Below are positions 7,002 to 15,960 of a stretch of DNA of 48,553 bases, piece after piece. Under the pieces are notes generated by a model. That model saw only the letters and a program-made list of their open reading frames with translations, had not been told where the DNA came from and searched no databases. Both the position numbers and the translations under genes were made by a program. This DNA comes from a virus, in the IMG/VR virus record IMGVR_UViG_3300045988_108834, positions 1 to 48,553 of that record; one strand, 5' to 3'. Position 1 is the first letter of the stretch. Every line of letters starts with the position of its first letter.

Positions 7002-10000
7002 CTATGCTCCTCTCCTCGATGCCAGGGCGTTAGAGCCGTTGACCATTCCCACTATAGCATTGCCGTCTATCACCGTCGGCTTGTTGACCGCGCTCACCAA
7101 GATATGCCTGTCCGTTCCGGACAGCTCGACGAGGATCGGGCCCCCGCCGAACCCGCTGCCCCCGGCACCGGACGATGCGGCCGAGGCACCCGATGCAGCT
7201 GCCCTGCCGGAGTTGACGGCCTCCAGGAAGCCGTAGCCGACGGTCTGCGCGGCCTGCCTGTTGATGACGAACTCGCCGGGAGTCAACATGGCCGGAACTG
7301 TGTCGGTGGACTGCTTGCCTCCGCTGTACGAGGAACCGCCGACCTTGCCGCCCGTCGAGAACCCCCACGCCTGGTTGAAGCCGAACATGAACTGGCCCAC
7401 CGACAGGCTTCGGAGATCTCGCACACGGTTGCACAGGTTAATGGCGTCGGTTGCAGCCTGGTTGAAGGAGAACCCCGCCTGCTGTGCGCTGCTGATGATA
7501 TTGCTGAACGCCCCATAGCCGGCCTCGCGGATGCCGTTGATCGCGTAGGACATCCAACCGGCCTTGTTGCCTGCTACATCCATCGAATAGGCGGAGCCGT
7601 GGGCCTGGTTACCCATGTTGTTCATCCCATGCGCGGCTGTGTTAGCCGACCCGGCGGCCTTCCACATCTCCGCGCCGATGTTACCTGTGATCTGCCCGAG
7701 CTGCTGGAACGTCACAGCCGCCTGTTCGGCAGCCCCGCCGACGCCTCCACCGCCCAGCGCGCCTCCAAGGCCAGCTGCATCTCCGCCCGTGTTGTTCAGC
7801 GAGTTGCCGAGCTTGTCTGCGGCGTCTCTGTTGTCGTCCATCGAATGCTGCGACTTACGGTTCTTCGCCTCCAGGTCGGAGAGGGCACGCAGGGCCGGAT
7901 CGGCGTTCACGCCCACCGTGAAGTTCCGCGGCACACCGTTGATCACCTTCGACAGGTCCGTGAACGTAGCCGCATATCTCTCAGTTTCCGCACGGGAGTA
8001 GCCCATCGACGTCATATTGCTGATGAACTCCGCACGCAGGGCAGAAGCGTAAGCCAACACCTGCTGCTGACTGGCTCCGGTGTTGGCATAAGCCAGGATC
8101 TGTTTCTGGTATGCCTCAACCAACGACAGCACATTACCGCGCTGTTCCCTCGCCGCATCCGAGAAGCCCACAAGGTCGCGCCGGGCTTTCGCCTGTGCGT
8201 CGGAGAGCTTCTGCATCGCCTCGTACAGCTTCTGGTAGTTGCCGGCCTGGTCGCCCTCGGCGTTCTTCCGGTCGGTGCGATTCTTCTGCTGGGCTGCGGC
8301 GTTCTTCTGCAGCTCGGCGCGGATGTCGTCGGCTCGCAGCGTATCGCCATAGTCGACGGCCACCTTCAACTGGAAGGTCAACTTGTTTCGATCGGACTGC
8401 AGCTTCGACAGCTCGGCGTCCAACTCGGCGATCTTGTTGCGCGTTTCCTCGATCGACTTGTTGGCGTCGCCGATTTCCTTGTTCGCCGATTGCGCATCTT
8501 TCGCCGCGTTCTCGAAGTACGACTTGATCGTCTTAAACGATTTCGCCGTCTCGTCCAGCGACTTAGGGAACTCCCACCGGAAGTTGAAGGCAGCGTTCGC
8601 CACGGAGGACAGCTCGCTGATGTAATCGGTGAAGGTCTTTATCTCCTTCGCCGCTTCTTTGATCTTCTTGCCTGCCTTCTTCGCACGGTCCCCGAGTTTC
8701 CTCGTCCTGTGTCTGGCCTTCTTGGCGTGCTTGGCGGCGTTCCGGGCGCCCCTCGCGAAACCTTGGTCAAGGGCCTTCCCCAGGTCCTTGATGGACGGCA
8801 GAGCGGCAGTGGAGGACTTCCCGAGGCCCTGCAGCGAAGCCGAGGCTTCCTTCGAGAAGTCCTTACCCGTGGCGATGCTGGCGGCGATCATTCCGATCGC
8901 TTGGCCCGCCTTCTGTGCGAGGGCCGCGGCCTTCGTTATCTGGTTCGCCGATTGGGTGGCCTTATTGGCGACGGCGTGCAGACGCTGCTCGACCCTCTCC
9001 AGAACTTGGACGGATCCGACGCCGTGGCTGCGCAGCAGCTGCATAATCTGCTGGATATAGGCGTTCATCACCTCGGCATCCCCGCCGGAGGCTTCCGCTG
9101 CTTGGCGCACAACAGCATAGAGCGCCTTCAGGTTGGACCTTCCGGCCTCGGAGAACTCGTCGAAGTTCATGCCATTCTTGTATAGGCTCTCGCCAAGGTT
9201 AGCCACGGCGTCTTCGAGGTTGACGAACGCCTCGTCGCCGGACAGCGCGGAGTCGACGACCTTCTTGAGCTCCTTGGCCGCTTTGTCGGCCTTTTCGCCC
9301 ATGTTGTCCATCTCGTCCGCAGCGTCGGCGGTGTCGCCCTTCAGGCCCTTCATGGTCTGCGCTGCCAGATCGGACTCGTTGCGCACACCATCAAAAGTCT
9401 GGTGCGCGTTGTCGTCGATCTTCTTCAGTGTGTCGAGGATCTTCTCGCCGTCGAACCAGGAGATCTTACCGGAGGCCACCATCTCCTGGATCTTGTTCTT
9501 GAACGAGTCGATGTACTGGCTCGACTTCTGGGTGCTGCGCTCAATCTCGTCGGCCAGGAAGCTGAAGCCGTTGTTGCGGTAGTACTCAACGAGTTTCTTC
9601 TGCGAGTCGGTCATCTCAGAGTTACCCTGCGTGACCAACTTCGAATACTCTTGCACCGAGAAGCCCATCTGGCGTAGCATGGATAGTTGCTCGTCGCCGA
9701 ACTGCTTGAAGCCCGTGTTTCCGGCGATCTGCTCGGCCATCTTCTTCAGCGAGTTTTCACCGATCGCGTAGGTCTGCTTCGTTATTTCGTCAGTTGACTG
9801 GCCGGTTTTCTGTGCGAGGAGATCCTGTGCCTGTGCGAGGGCTTTAGTCTGAGCGTTGGCGTCCGACGTGGAGAACAGCTGCGAGGATACGGACTCGCCG
9901 GCCTTGTTGGTGGCCTTCGCGAACACGTAAGCCGCGCTCCCGCCTTCCTCGAAGGCTTTCGTGTCCTGCATCACGGATTGTGCGAGGTCGGCCTGGGCCT

Positions 10001-11825
10001 GCTGGAGCGCCTTGGCCTCGGCCCTAGCGGCTTCGGATCGCTTCGTCCAGGACTCTGTGACCTTCGCCAGGCCCGTGAAGAACAGGGAGATGCCGGCACC
10101 TGCGGCGAGCCCCTTGAGGGCGCCCATGAGACCCGAGGTGGCCTTGGCTGCTGTGCCCATCGCACTGGAGGCCTGCCCTGCCCCGCCCGCTGCGGCCCCT
10201 GCTGCGGACTGCGAAGCGGCGGCCTGGCCCGCCGCCCGCTGTGCGCCTGCTGCGCCCCGAGCGGCGCCGGCGTTCTTGTAGAGGGCGCCGGTCTGTTCGT
10301 TGACGGAGACCGTCGAGAGCTTGTAGAGTTTAACCGTCTCCGCGAGGGCCGACAAGAGCGAGCGGATAGACGTGATGGGGTGCTGCATCGCAATTCCCAT
10401 TGACCGCTGCGCTGTCGTCAACGCGTAAGCTCCGCCGAGCACAAGGGCCTGCTTGGCGTAGTAGCCGGCCATGATTCCACCGGCCGTCAGGAACGCTCCG
10501 GCCAGCTTGGCAACCCACTGCGCAGCGGGGTTCTGCACGAGATTCGTCAGGACCGTCACCAGTCCGGTGAGGGACCCTAGCATGTCACCGATGCCGGAGT
10601 TCGTAGACCTGCCGATCTCGGCCTTCAAGTTCGCCCAGGAGTTCTTCAACATCTCCAGCTTGCCGGCCGTGGTGGACGCGATCTGCTGGTACTGATCGTT
10701 GAGTGTCTTAGAATCGTTATAACCGGACTCGGCGTCCTTCATCGTCTGTTCGAGTGTTTTGTGCGCCTCGGCTAGACGGAGGATCGTCGGAACGTCGCGG
10801 GACGCCTTAATGCCCAGGTCTTTGAGAACCCCGATAGCGCCCTGGCCCTGGTTCTTGAGTCCAGCGATGAACTTCACGAAGATGTCGCTGAACTTAGACG
10901 TCCCCCACGCGGACTGAACCTCCTGTGCGGAGACCCCCGCCACGCGCGCGAATAGGTTGAGTTCATCGCCGCCGCCCCTGATGGCTTTCTGCATCTGGGT
11001 GAACATACGCGTGATGACGCCTCGGGAGAGCTCGGGCGCGACGCCAATGGACGCGAGGGCGCCGGACAGGCCGACCACCTGGTATTCGGTCATGCCGGCG
11101 AACTTGCCCATGGCGGAGATCTGCGTCGAGGTGTTGGCGATCTGGGATTCCGTCGCGGCCGAGTTGACGCCGACCTTCAAGATCGAGGAGGCGATGTTGT
11201 CGAAGTTCTGGCCGGTCGTGCCCATGATCGTCTGGAAACGCGCGATCGTTTCACCAGACTTGTCGAGCGAAAGGTCGGTGGTGGCCGACAGCTTTGCGAC
11301 CGTCTCGGTGAAGTCGGTTATGGACTCTTTGGCGACACCGAGCTGTCCGCCGAGGGCGGCGATGTTCGACAGATCCTTGAAGTTAGTCGTCGTGACGGAG
11401 GCGGCCATCTGTTCGAGTTTGCCGCGTAGTTCGTCTGCGGACTTCCCGGCGATGTCGTTAGTCCGCTTCACCTGTGCGAAGGCCGACTCGTAGTCCATCG
11501 ACTCTTTGACGACGGTTGTGAACGCGCCAATCGTAGCCTTCGAGATGTTCTGCATAACGGCGGCGACATCGTAGAGGGCGTAGCGCATGTTGGATATGCG
11601 AGACTTCGCCTCTTCCGCGGCTTTACCGGCTCGGTCAAAGCCTTCTCCGGCTTCCCTGCCGCCTCGGCCTGCTCCGTCCAGGCCTTTGCCGATGTCGGCT
11701 CCGACTACCTTGCCTTTGATATTGTCGAGGGCTTGTGCGATAGTGTTGATGGATTCCGCAGCCTCGTGGAGTTCGGACGTACCCTGTACGTTGAACTCGA
11801 TAGTCTGCTTGATATCGGGCATCAC
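7002..11825 (-). CDS. Tape measure protein
   Basis: 1607-aa Ala/Gly/Gln-rich ORF after the chaperone pair. The C-terminal ..DTVPAMLTPGEFVINRQAA.. segment is typical of tape measure proteins. Confidence 0.9.
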   Translation of the reverse strand: MMPDIKQTIEFNVQGTSELHEAAESINTIAQALDNIKGKVVGADIGKGLDGAGRGGREAGEGFDRAGKAAEEAKSRISNMRYALYDVAAVMQNISKATIGAFTTVVKESMDYESAFAQVKRTNDIAGKSADELRGKLEQMAASVTTTNFKDLSNIAALGGQLGVAKESITDFTETVAKLSATTDLSLDKSGETIARFQTIMGTTGQNFDNIASSILKVGVNSAATESQIANTSTQISAMGKFAGMTEYQVVGLSGALASIGVAPELSRGVITRMFTQMQKAIRGGGDELNLFARVAGVSAQEVQSAWGTSKFSDIFVKFIAGLKNQGQGAIGVLKDLGIKASRDVPTILRLAEAHKTLEQTMKDAESGYNDSKTLNDQYQQIASTTAGKLEMLKNSWANLKAEIGRSTNSGIGDMLGSLTGLVTVLTNLVQNPAAQWVAKLAGAFLTAGGIMAGYYAKQALVLGGAYALTTAQRSMGIAMQHPITSIRSLLSALAETVKLYKLSTVSVNEQTGALYKNAGAARGAAGAQRAAGQAAASQSAAGAAAGGAGQASSAMGTAAKATSGLMGALKGLAAGAGISLFFTGLAKVTESWTKRSEAARAEAKALQQAQADLAQSVMQDTKAFEEGGSAAYVFAKATNKAGESVSSQLFSTSDANAQTKALAQAQDLLAQKTGQSTDEITKQTYAIGENSLKKMAEQIAGNTGFKQFGDEQLSMLRQMGFSVQEYSKLVTQGNSEMTDSQKKLVEYYRNNGFSFLADEIERSTQKSSQYIDSFKNKIQEMVASGKISWFDGEKILDTLKKIDDNAHQTFDGVRNESDLAAQTMKGLKGDTADAADEMDNMGEKADKAAKELKKVVDSALSGDEAFVNLEDAVANLGESLYKNGMNFDEFSEAGRSNLKALYAVVRQAAEASGGDAEVMNAYIQQIMQLLRSHGVGSVQVLERVEQRLHAVANKATQSANQITKAAALAQKAGQAIGMIAASIATGKDFSKEASASLQGLGKSSTAALPSIKDLGKALDQGFARGARNAAKHAKKARHRTRKLGDRAKKAGKKIKEAAKEIKTFTDYISELSSVANAAFNFRWEFPKSLDETAKSFKTIKSYFENAAKDAQSANKEIGDANKSIEETRNKIAELDAELSKLQSDRNKLTFQLKVAVDYGDTLRADDIRAELQKNAAAQQKNRTDRKNAEGDQAGNYQKLYEAMQKLSDAQAKARRDLVGFSDAAREQRGNVLSLVEAYQKQILAYANTGASQQQVLAYASALRAEFISNMTSMGYSRAETERYAATFTDLSKVINGVPRNFTVGVNADPALRALSDLEAKNRKSQHSMDDNRDAADKLGNSLNNTGGDAAGLGGALGGGGVGGAAEQAAVTFQQLGQITGNIGAEMWKAAGSANTAAHGMNNMGNQAHGSAYSMDVAGNKAGWMSYAINGIREAGYGAFSNIISSAQQAGFSFNQAATDAINLCNRVRDLRSLSVGQFMFGFNQAWGFSTGGKVGGSSYSGGKQSTDTVPAMLTPGEFVINRQAAQTVGYGFLEAVNSGRAAASGASAASSGAGGSGFGGGPILVELSGTDRHILVSAVNKPTVIDGNAIVGMVNGSNALASRRGA

Positions 11826-12211
11826 TCACTCCTGTTGTAGTAGTCCATCCTCGTGGGCAGGTCTCGCTCCGCGTAGTCCGGCATGTACGGTGTCATCACA
11901 GTGTCCTTGCCCCATTTCTGCTTGTCCTCGTAGGGAGGCGGATCGGTGGCGCGGTGTGTGCTGACCCAATCATGCATCATCCTTGCTTTAGTAGCATAGC
12001 ATGTTCTATCCTCTGCGCGCCATGCTATATCAGGATCCGTCGAATGACACAACCAGATAGGGTTACCACACCTTTGGCACGTCTCGTCCTTAACCGTCTT
12101 GTAAGCCAACACAAGCTTATAGTCCAGTTCCGTCCAATGCCCGAAAGGGTCGGGCTGGTTATAGATGACGGCGGTGGGCCTCATGTGCAGGTCCACCGCC
12201 GTCCTAACCAT
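11822..12211 (-). CDS. Tail assembly chaperone, T-like distal segment (probably expressed as a -1 frameshift extension of 12253..12720)
   Basis: This frame is open from about 12279, which is -1 relative to the upstream chaperone. The only SD-like run, GGGGGGAG, lies 13 nt from ATG 12211. The gene lies immediately before the tape measure gene. Confidence 0.5.
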   Translation of the reverse strand: MVRTAVDLHMRPTAVIYNQPDPFGHWTELDYKLVLAYKTVKDETCQRCGNPIWLCHSTDPDIAWRAEDRTCYATKARMMHDWVSTHRATDPPPYEDKQKWGKDTVMTPYMPDYAERDLPTRMDYYNRSE

Positions 12212-12252
12212 CGATAGAGCGCCGCTCCCCCCTTTATCTTGGAGGGCGTCTA

Positions 12253-12720
12253 TCAGAAATCCACCGTCACCGCATTGTCATAGTCGGCGGAAGCCCCGAG
12301 GAGGTTCATCGCCGCCACGAGCAGGCCCAGATACTGTTCGCCGGGCAGGGCATTCAGAATCTTCCGGATCTCCTCGGAATTGAACTTCCGCTCGTCGACG
12401 TTGCCTTCGGCGTCCTCGATCTTGTACAACGTCTTCGACAGGAGCGCCAGATAGGCCTCCGACACTCGCTTCGTCTTGTTCTTCGTCTTGTCAGCGCTTT
12501 CGATGCCGATCATCAGCTCTTCGCGCACATCGGCTGTCACCGACTGGAGGTGGAATGTCAGCTTGGAGGCGTCCCGTCTCTTCACCGCTTCCTTGATCAC
12601 ATCAGCGTCGGCCTGCTCTTTGATGAGCCTCTCGACGTCCTGCACCGCCTCGGCGTCAAGGTACACGACCTTCTCAGCCTTCGGCGCCTTGGATCGAGAC
12701 AGCACCTCGAAAATGTCCAT
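12253..12720 (-). CDS. Tail assembly chaperone (G-like)
   Basis: 155-aa acidic ORF between the major tail genes and the tape measure gene. The call is by synteny. Confidence 0.6.
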   Translation of the reverse strand: MDIFEVLSRSKAPKAEKVVYLDAEAVQDVERLIKEQADADVIKEAVKRRDASKLTFHLQSVTADVREELMIGIESADKTKNKTKRVSEAYLALLSKTLYKIEDAEGNVDERKFNSEEIRKILNALPGEQYLGLLVAAMNLLGASADYDNAVTVDF

Positions 12721-12765
12721 ATTTGAAATCCTCTCTGTTAGGCGTTAGGGTAACGTCATAAACAA

Positions 12766-12804
12766 GAATAGCACAGGGCGGAGAGGAGACGCCCTGTGCT
12801 ATTC
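12766..12804 (-). terminator. Intrinsic terminator after the major tail genes
   Basis: 15-bp perfect stem GAATAGCACAGGGCG / CGCCCTGTGCTATTC with a 9-nt loop, followed on the minus strand by TTGTTTAT. Confidence 0.7.
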
Positions 12805-12817
12805 GCTGGGGCGTGCG

Positions 12818-13567
12818 TTATGCCACAGTCACCTTGACTGTCACATTCGCACAAGCGGGGTGGCTGACGATAACGTCTGCGCTGCCTGCCTTCAGGCCGG
12901 TCACCACACCGAGCGGGCTGACCGACACAGTCGAGGTGTCCTTCGACAGGTAGGAGCACACGGAGCGAGCCACATGGCCGTGGATCTTCGGTAGGATCGG
13001 CCGGTGCTCGTTGAGGGACACCGTAAGATTTTCTGTGTCGGTGATCGCCGTCGTGCTGTCCTTGAAGACACCGTTGACTGCCAGCTGGCCCTGCTGCAGG
13101 AACGACACCGTGTAACGGGTCGGATTGTCGCCCTCCAGCGTGTTCTTGTACGTGGACTCGATCATGAGGAACGCGCAGTACCACTGACCTGCAGCGATGG
13201 GCTCACGACCCTTCAGGACACCGCGCACAACCAAAACGAGGTCGACGCGGGTCTTCTTGAACATGTTCCACGCCTTGGCATAGATCGAGTTCGCATCGTC
13301 GGGGTTCGTCGGGTAGTACATGGTGAGGGAGCCCTCGTACTGCGCGGCGCCACGGGACGAAGACCCGGCAGCGTCGAGCAGAGACAGGGACGATTGCTCC
13401 TTCGACGCCTTTGCGGCGGGGATCGTCGTGTCGTCCCAGTTGATCGCGTCACCGATAGCCACCGCAGAGTTCATCTCCTCCACGGTGATAGCGTTGATAT
13501 CCTTCACGGACGCCTTGGGAAGAACCCAGACGTTGACGTGTTCGTTGGAGAGTACTTTCTTATCCAT
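12818..13567 (-). CDS. Major tail (tube) protein paralog with a C-terminal Ig-like (Big_2-type) domain
   Basis: ATG 13567 shares one nt with the upstream TAA. The C-terminus ..VSVSPLGVVTGLKAGSADVIVSH..VTVKVTVA looks like a bacterial Ig-like domain. The upstream extension to 13954 in the ORF track overlaps the preceding gene and is rejected. Confidence 0.7.
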   Translation of the reverse strand: MDKKVLSNEHVNVWVLPKASVKDINAITVEEMNSAVAIGDAINWDDTTIPAAKASKEQSSLSLLDAAGSSSRGAAQYEGSLTMYYPTNPDDANSIYAKAWNMFKKTRVDLVLVVRGVLKGREPIAAGQWYCAFLMIESTYKNTLEGDNPTRYTVSFLQQGQLAVNGVFKDSTTAITDTENLTVSLNEHRPILPKIHGHVARSVCSYLSKDTSTVSVSPLGVVTGLKAGSADVIVSHPACANVTVKVTVA

Positions 13568-14106
13568 TATGCGGCCACCTTCTCGTTGAGGACGAACGCG
13601 CCGTTCTGAAGGAAGTTCGGCTCGTACTTGATGAAGCCGTTCGACTCGTACCCGTCGACCGGGTAGTCGGTCTGGAAGCGGTAGATGCTGAACACATCGC
13701 CGACTTCGAACGGCTTGTTCGGGCGCTTGCCGATGCGCTCCACGATGAACAGAGTGATATCGGGCTTCATCGTGATATCGCGGATCATGTTGAACACGCC
13801 CTGGTCGTCCACGCTCTCGTCTCGGAGTGCGGTGAACTTGCCCTCGTACTTGGCGAGGGTCGGGTTCTCCACTTCGGAGATGTCGCAGATCGTTCGAGTG
13901 TTGTCCGTGTCGGGGTCGGTTTCGCCGAGCGAATAGCCGTCCAGGATCGCACATGACACATTGAACACCAGGTTGCGCGGGTTGTCGGTCGCACTGAATT
14001 GTGCGTTGAGTTCTGCCGCCGTGGGATGCTGCCAGTCAGCGAATGCCTCAGGAGCGGCGAAGAGAATAGTCACGTTGCCGCGAAGCATGCGAACTTCGTT
14101 AGCCAC
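13567..14106 (-). CDS. Major tail (tube) protein
   Basis: GTG 14106 follows AAAAGGGGGAAG. The 179-aa product sits after the tail-terminator-like gene, and its N-terminal half parallels that of the downstream paralog. Confidence 0.6.
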   Translation of the reverse strand: MANEVRMLRGNVTILFAAPEAFADWQHPTAAELNAQFSATDNPRNLVFNVSCAILDGYSLGETDPDTDNTRTICDISEVENPTLAKYEGKFTALRDESVDDQGVFNMIRDITMKPDITLFIVERIGKRPNKPFEVGDVFSIYRFQTDYPVDGYESNGFIKYEPNFLQNGAFVLNEKVAA

Positions 14107-14266
14107 TGTGCTTCCCCCTTTTCTCGTTGTCGTTGTCAATGAAACAGTCGCTACAAGGCTCTTCCCCGGTTATCGGCACCAACGTCCCGAAGAACTGAGC
14201 GAAGTCATCCGGGTACGTGCCGACGTCCCCGGTGTTCATGTCTTTGTAGAGGCCCATATACACCAT
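14099..14266 (-). CDS. Small acidic hypothetical protein (55 aa), below the ORF-track size cut-off
   Basis: ATG 14266 to TAA 14099 fills the gap between two tail genes. By-eye GC3 is about 78%. The SD is weak. Confidence 0.35.
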   Translation of the reverse strand: MVYMGLYKDMNTGDVGTYPDDFAQFFGTLVPITGEEPCSDCFIDNDNEKRGKHSG

Positions 14267-14270
14267 CCTA

Positions 14271-14690
14271 TCAAATACGGTTTTTGAGGTTCGTGATAAA
14301 GGAGCAGTAGAGCTCGTAGCCGCACTGCACCACTTTGTGATTGGTCCCGGCGTAATTCAAGCCCTGACCGCCGTGGACCGTGATCCCGCCGCTGTTGTCC
14401 GGCTCGAAGCCGACCAGGCCCCACAGGATGCGCTCCCCGATCTCACGGGCATGCTGTGCGGTGAGAGCGCGCACATGGCACAGGAAGAACACCCGATAGC
14501 CGTCGTTCAGCTGGGAGACAATGCTCGTCGCCTGGCTGATATGACCGGGCGTGCCGAACACGACCGCGATGTACGGCATCTTTTGGCCCTCATCGAAGTC
14601 CGGCAGCGCCACCTCTTCGACAACCCTCTGAGGCGGCACTTCAGAGAGCTCTCGGATCTTCGCCATAATGTCGTCGATGTACTTGGCCAT
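14271..14690 (-). CDS. Tail terminator-like protein
   Basis: 139-aa ORF in the neck/tail-completion block. The call is by synteny only. Confidence 0.45.
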   Translation of the reverse strand: MAKYIDDIMAKIRELSEVPPQRVVEEVALPDFDEGQKMPYIAVVFGTPGHISQATSIVSQLNDGYRVFFLCHVRALTAQHAREIGERILWGLVGFEPDNSGGITVHGGQGLNYAGTNHKVVQCGYELYCSFITNLKNRI

Positions 14691-14693
14691 CTT

Positions 14694-15134
14694 CTACCTA
14701 CCCCACTTCCAGATGCGGCGAGTCTCCGTATAGACCTCCTTGCGGGTCTTCTCGTCGAGCTTCACCTGCTTCGCCACCTTGTCCAAGGCCTTCATGCCCC
14801 ACACTCTGTCATCGCCATACTCCTGGCCGAGGATGTAGTCGTGGTCCCAGCCGCCGTCGAACTTGTTGGATCCCTCGATCCAGCCGTACTCGACGGTGAC
14901 GTTGTCCGGGACGATGACGCTTACGCTGTCGTGCATGTGGCTCGTCCAAATACGGCCGATCTTACCCGGCACTAGAGCGGACGGGGTCTTCTCGATCGTC
15001 TCCTGCAGAGCAGGCGGGATCTCCTCGGAGATCTTGTCGATGACGTTGGCGAACAGATCATATTCCCTGAAGTCCTGAATGCGTTTGGCGTACTTCGTGA
15101 ACTTGTTGGCGCCGATCTTCGTGCGGATCTTCAT
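14694..15134 (-). CDS. Neck/tail completion protein (HK97 gp10-like position)
   Basis: 146-aa ORF. The call is by synteny only. Confidence 0.45.
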   Translation of the reverse strand: MKIRTKIGANKFTKYAKRIQDFREYDLFANVIDKISEEIPPALQETIEKTPSALVPGKIGRIWTSHMHDSVSVIVPDNVTVEYGWIEGSNKFDGGWDHDYILGQEYGDDRVWGMKALDKVAKQVKLDEKTRKEVYTETRRIWKWGR

Positions 15135-15139
15135 GTAGG

Positions 15140-15523
15140 TTACGCCTCCGCCTTGTTCATCGGCGTATTGCAGATGATCGTCCGCTCGAATGACTGTGAA
15201 GCATCCACCAAGGAAGCCACCGTCATCAGATAGCCCACCATGTGCGGTGTATCTTGGGTCTTTACGACTTTGATACGTGCAGCCATCGGGATGTTCAGCG
15301 ACATCGTCGATCGTGGCAGCTGTACCCGCACACGGTTAGTCGTCTGGGGCGCGATCTGGTCGTTCGCTACCTCAAGTTGGCGTATCGGCTGTATACGCGC
15401 TTTCCCAGAATATACGACTGAGCCATAATCATAGCTGTCAGTCTTAGCGTCATATTTGATGTTCTTGCCATCGTAGATCGTCACCTCATCCACCATATAG
15501 CGTTCGACCCGTTTAGCTGCCAT
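15140..15523 (-). CDS. Head closure / head-tail joining protein
   Basis: ATG 15523; the ORF track offers TTG 15553 as an alternative. The call is by synteny. Confidence 0.45.
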   Translation of the reverse strand: MAAKRVERYMVDEVTIYDGKNIKYDAKTDSYDYGSVVYSGKARIQPIRQLEVANDQIAPQTTNRVRVQLPRSTMSLNIPMAARIKVVKTQDTPHMVGYLMTVASLVDASQSFERTIICNTPMNKAEA

Positions 15524-15536
15524 CGCCAGGCGGCCC

Positions 15537-15887
15537 TCAGAGATACCGGCCAAGGAACCCCCTCGCTCTCTCGAACACGTCGTCGCCCCTCATCGGGACG
15601 AGAACGAGCCCCTCGCCATTCTCCAAAGCATCCCCCTGTGCGTCGTATTTATCAGCCAGGGCGAGTAGCGCCTCGATGTTTTTGTCCCCGCCGGACAGCG
15701 TGAAGTCGTCTGCTTTGACGTTCTCGACCCCACCCTCCGACACGAGCTTCGCCGCGTAGGCGCGCAGAGCGGCAGCTGCAGCCTTGAACACATTCGTGTA
15801 CAGTGCACACAGCCGTTCGAGCAGCTTAGCGTCCAGGTCGATACCGGGCAGGAACAGTTTCAGCTCGTCCACGGTTATCTTCGCCAC
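15537..15887 (-). CDS. Head-tail connector (gp6-like adaptor)
   Basis: GTG 15887 follows GGAAAGGAG. The N-terminal ITVDELKLFL.. segment resembles gp6-like connector proteins. The longer track ORF overlaps the capsid gene and is rejected. Confidence 0.55.
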   Translation of the reverse strand: MAKITVDELKLFLPGIDLDAKLLERLCALYTNVFKAAAAALRAYAAKLVSEGGVENVKADDFTLSGGDKNIEALLALADKYDAQGDALENGEGLVLVPMRGDDVFERARGFLGRYL

Positions 15888-15907
15888 GTCGGCTCCTTTC
15901 CACTGCA

Positions 15908-15940
15908 GGAAACCCCGCCCCTTGTGAGGGCGGGGTTTCC
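15908..15940 (-). terminator. Intrinsic terminator/attenuator after the major capsid gene
   Basis: 13-bp perfect stem GGAAACCCCGCCC / GGGCGGGGTTTCC with a 7-nt loop. Confidence 0.65.
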
Positions 15941-15960
15941 ATCCTTGTCGGGTATCGTTA

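Noticed and set aside
7104-9185. 693-aa plus-strand ORF, with many other long ORFs antisense to the tape measure, capsid (16024..17088), portal (18604..19779), primase (42186..43097), nrdD (47380..48189) and tmk (31505..32389) genes
   Set aside because: These are typical shadow ORFs of high-GC DNA. Their products are Arg/Pro/Gly-rich and low in complexity, and they have no SD. They overlap genes on the other strand that carry recognisable motifs.
12818-13954. 378-aa version of the Ig-domain tail gene, and the 199-aa version of the connector gene (15537..16136)
   Set aside because: The N-terminal extensions overlap the preceding, better-supported genes and are Arg-rich. Internal starts with an SD or stop-start coupling were chosen instead.
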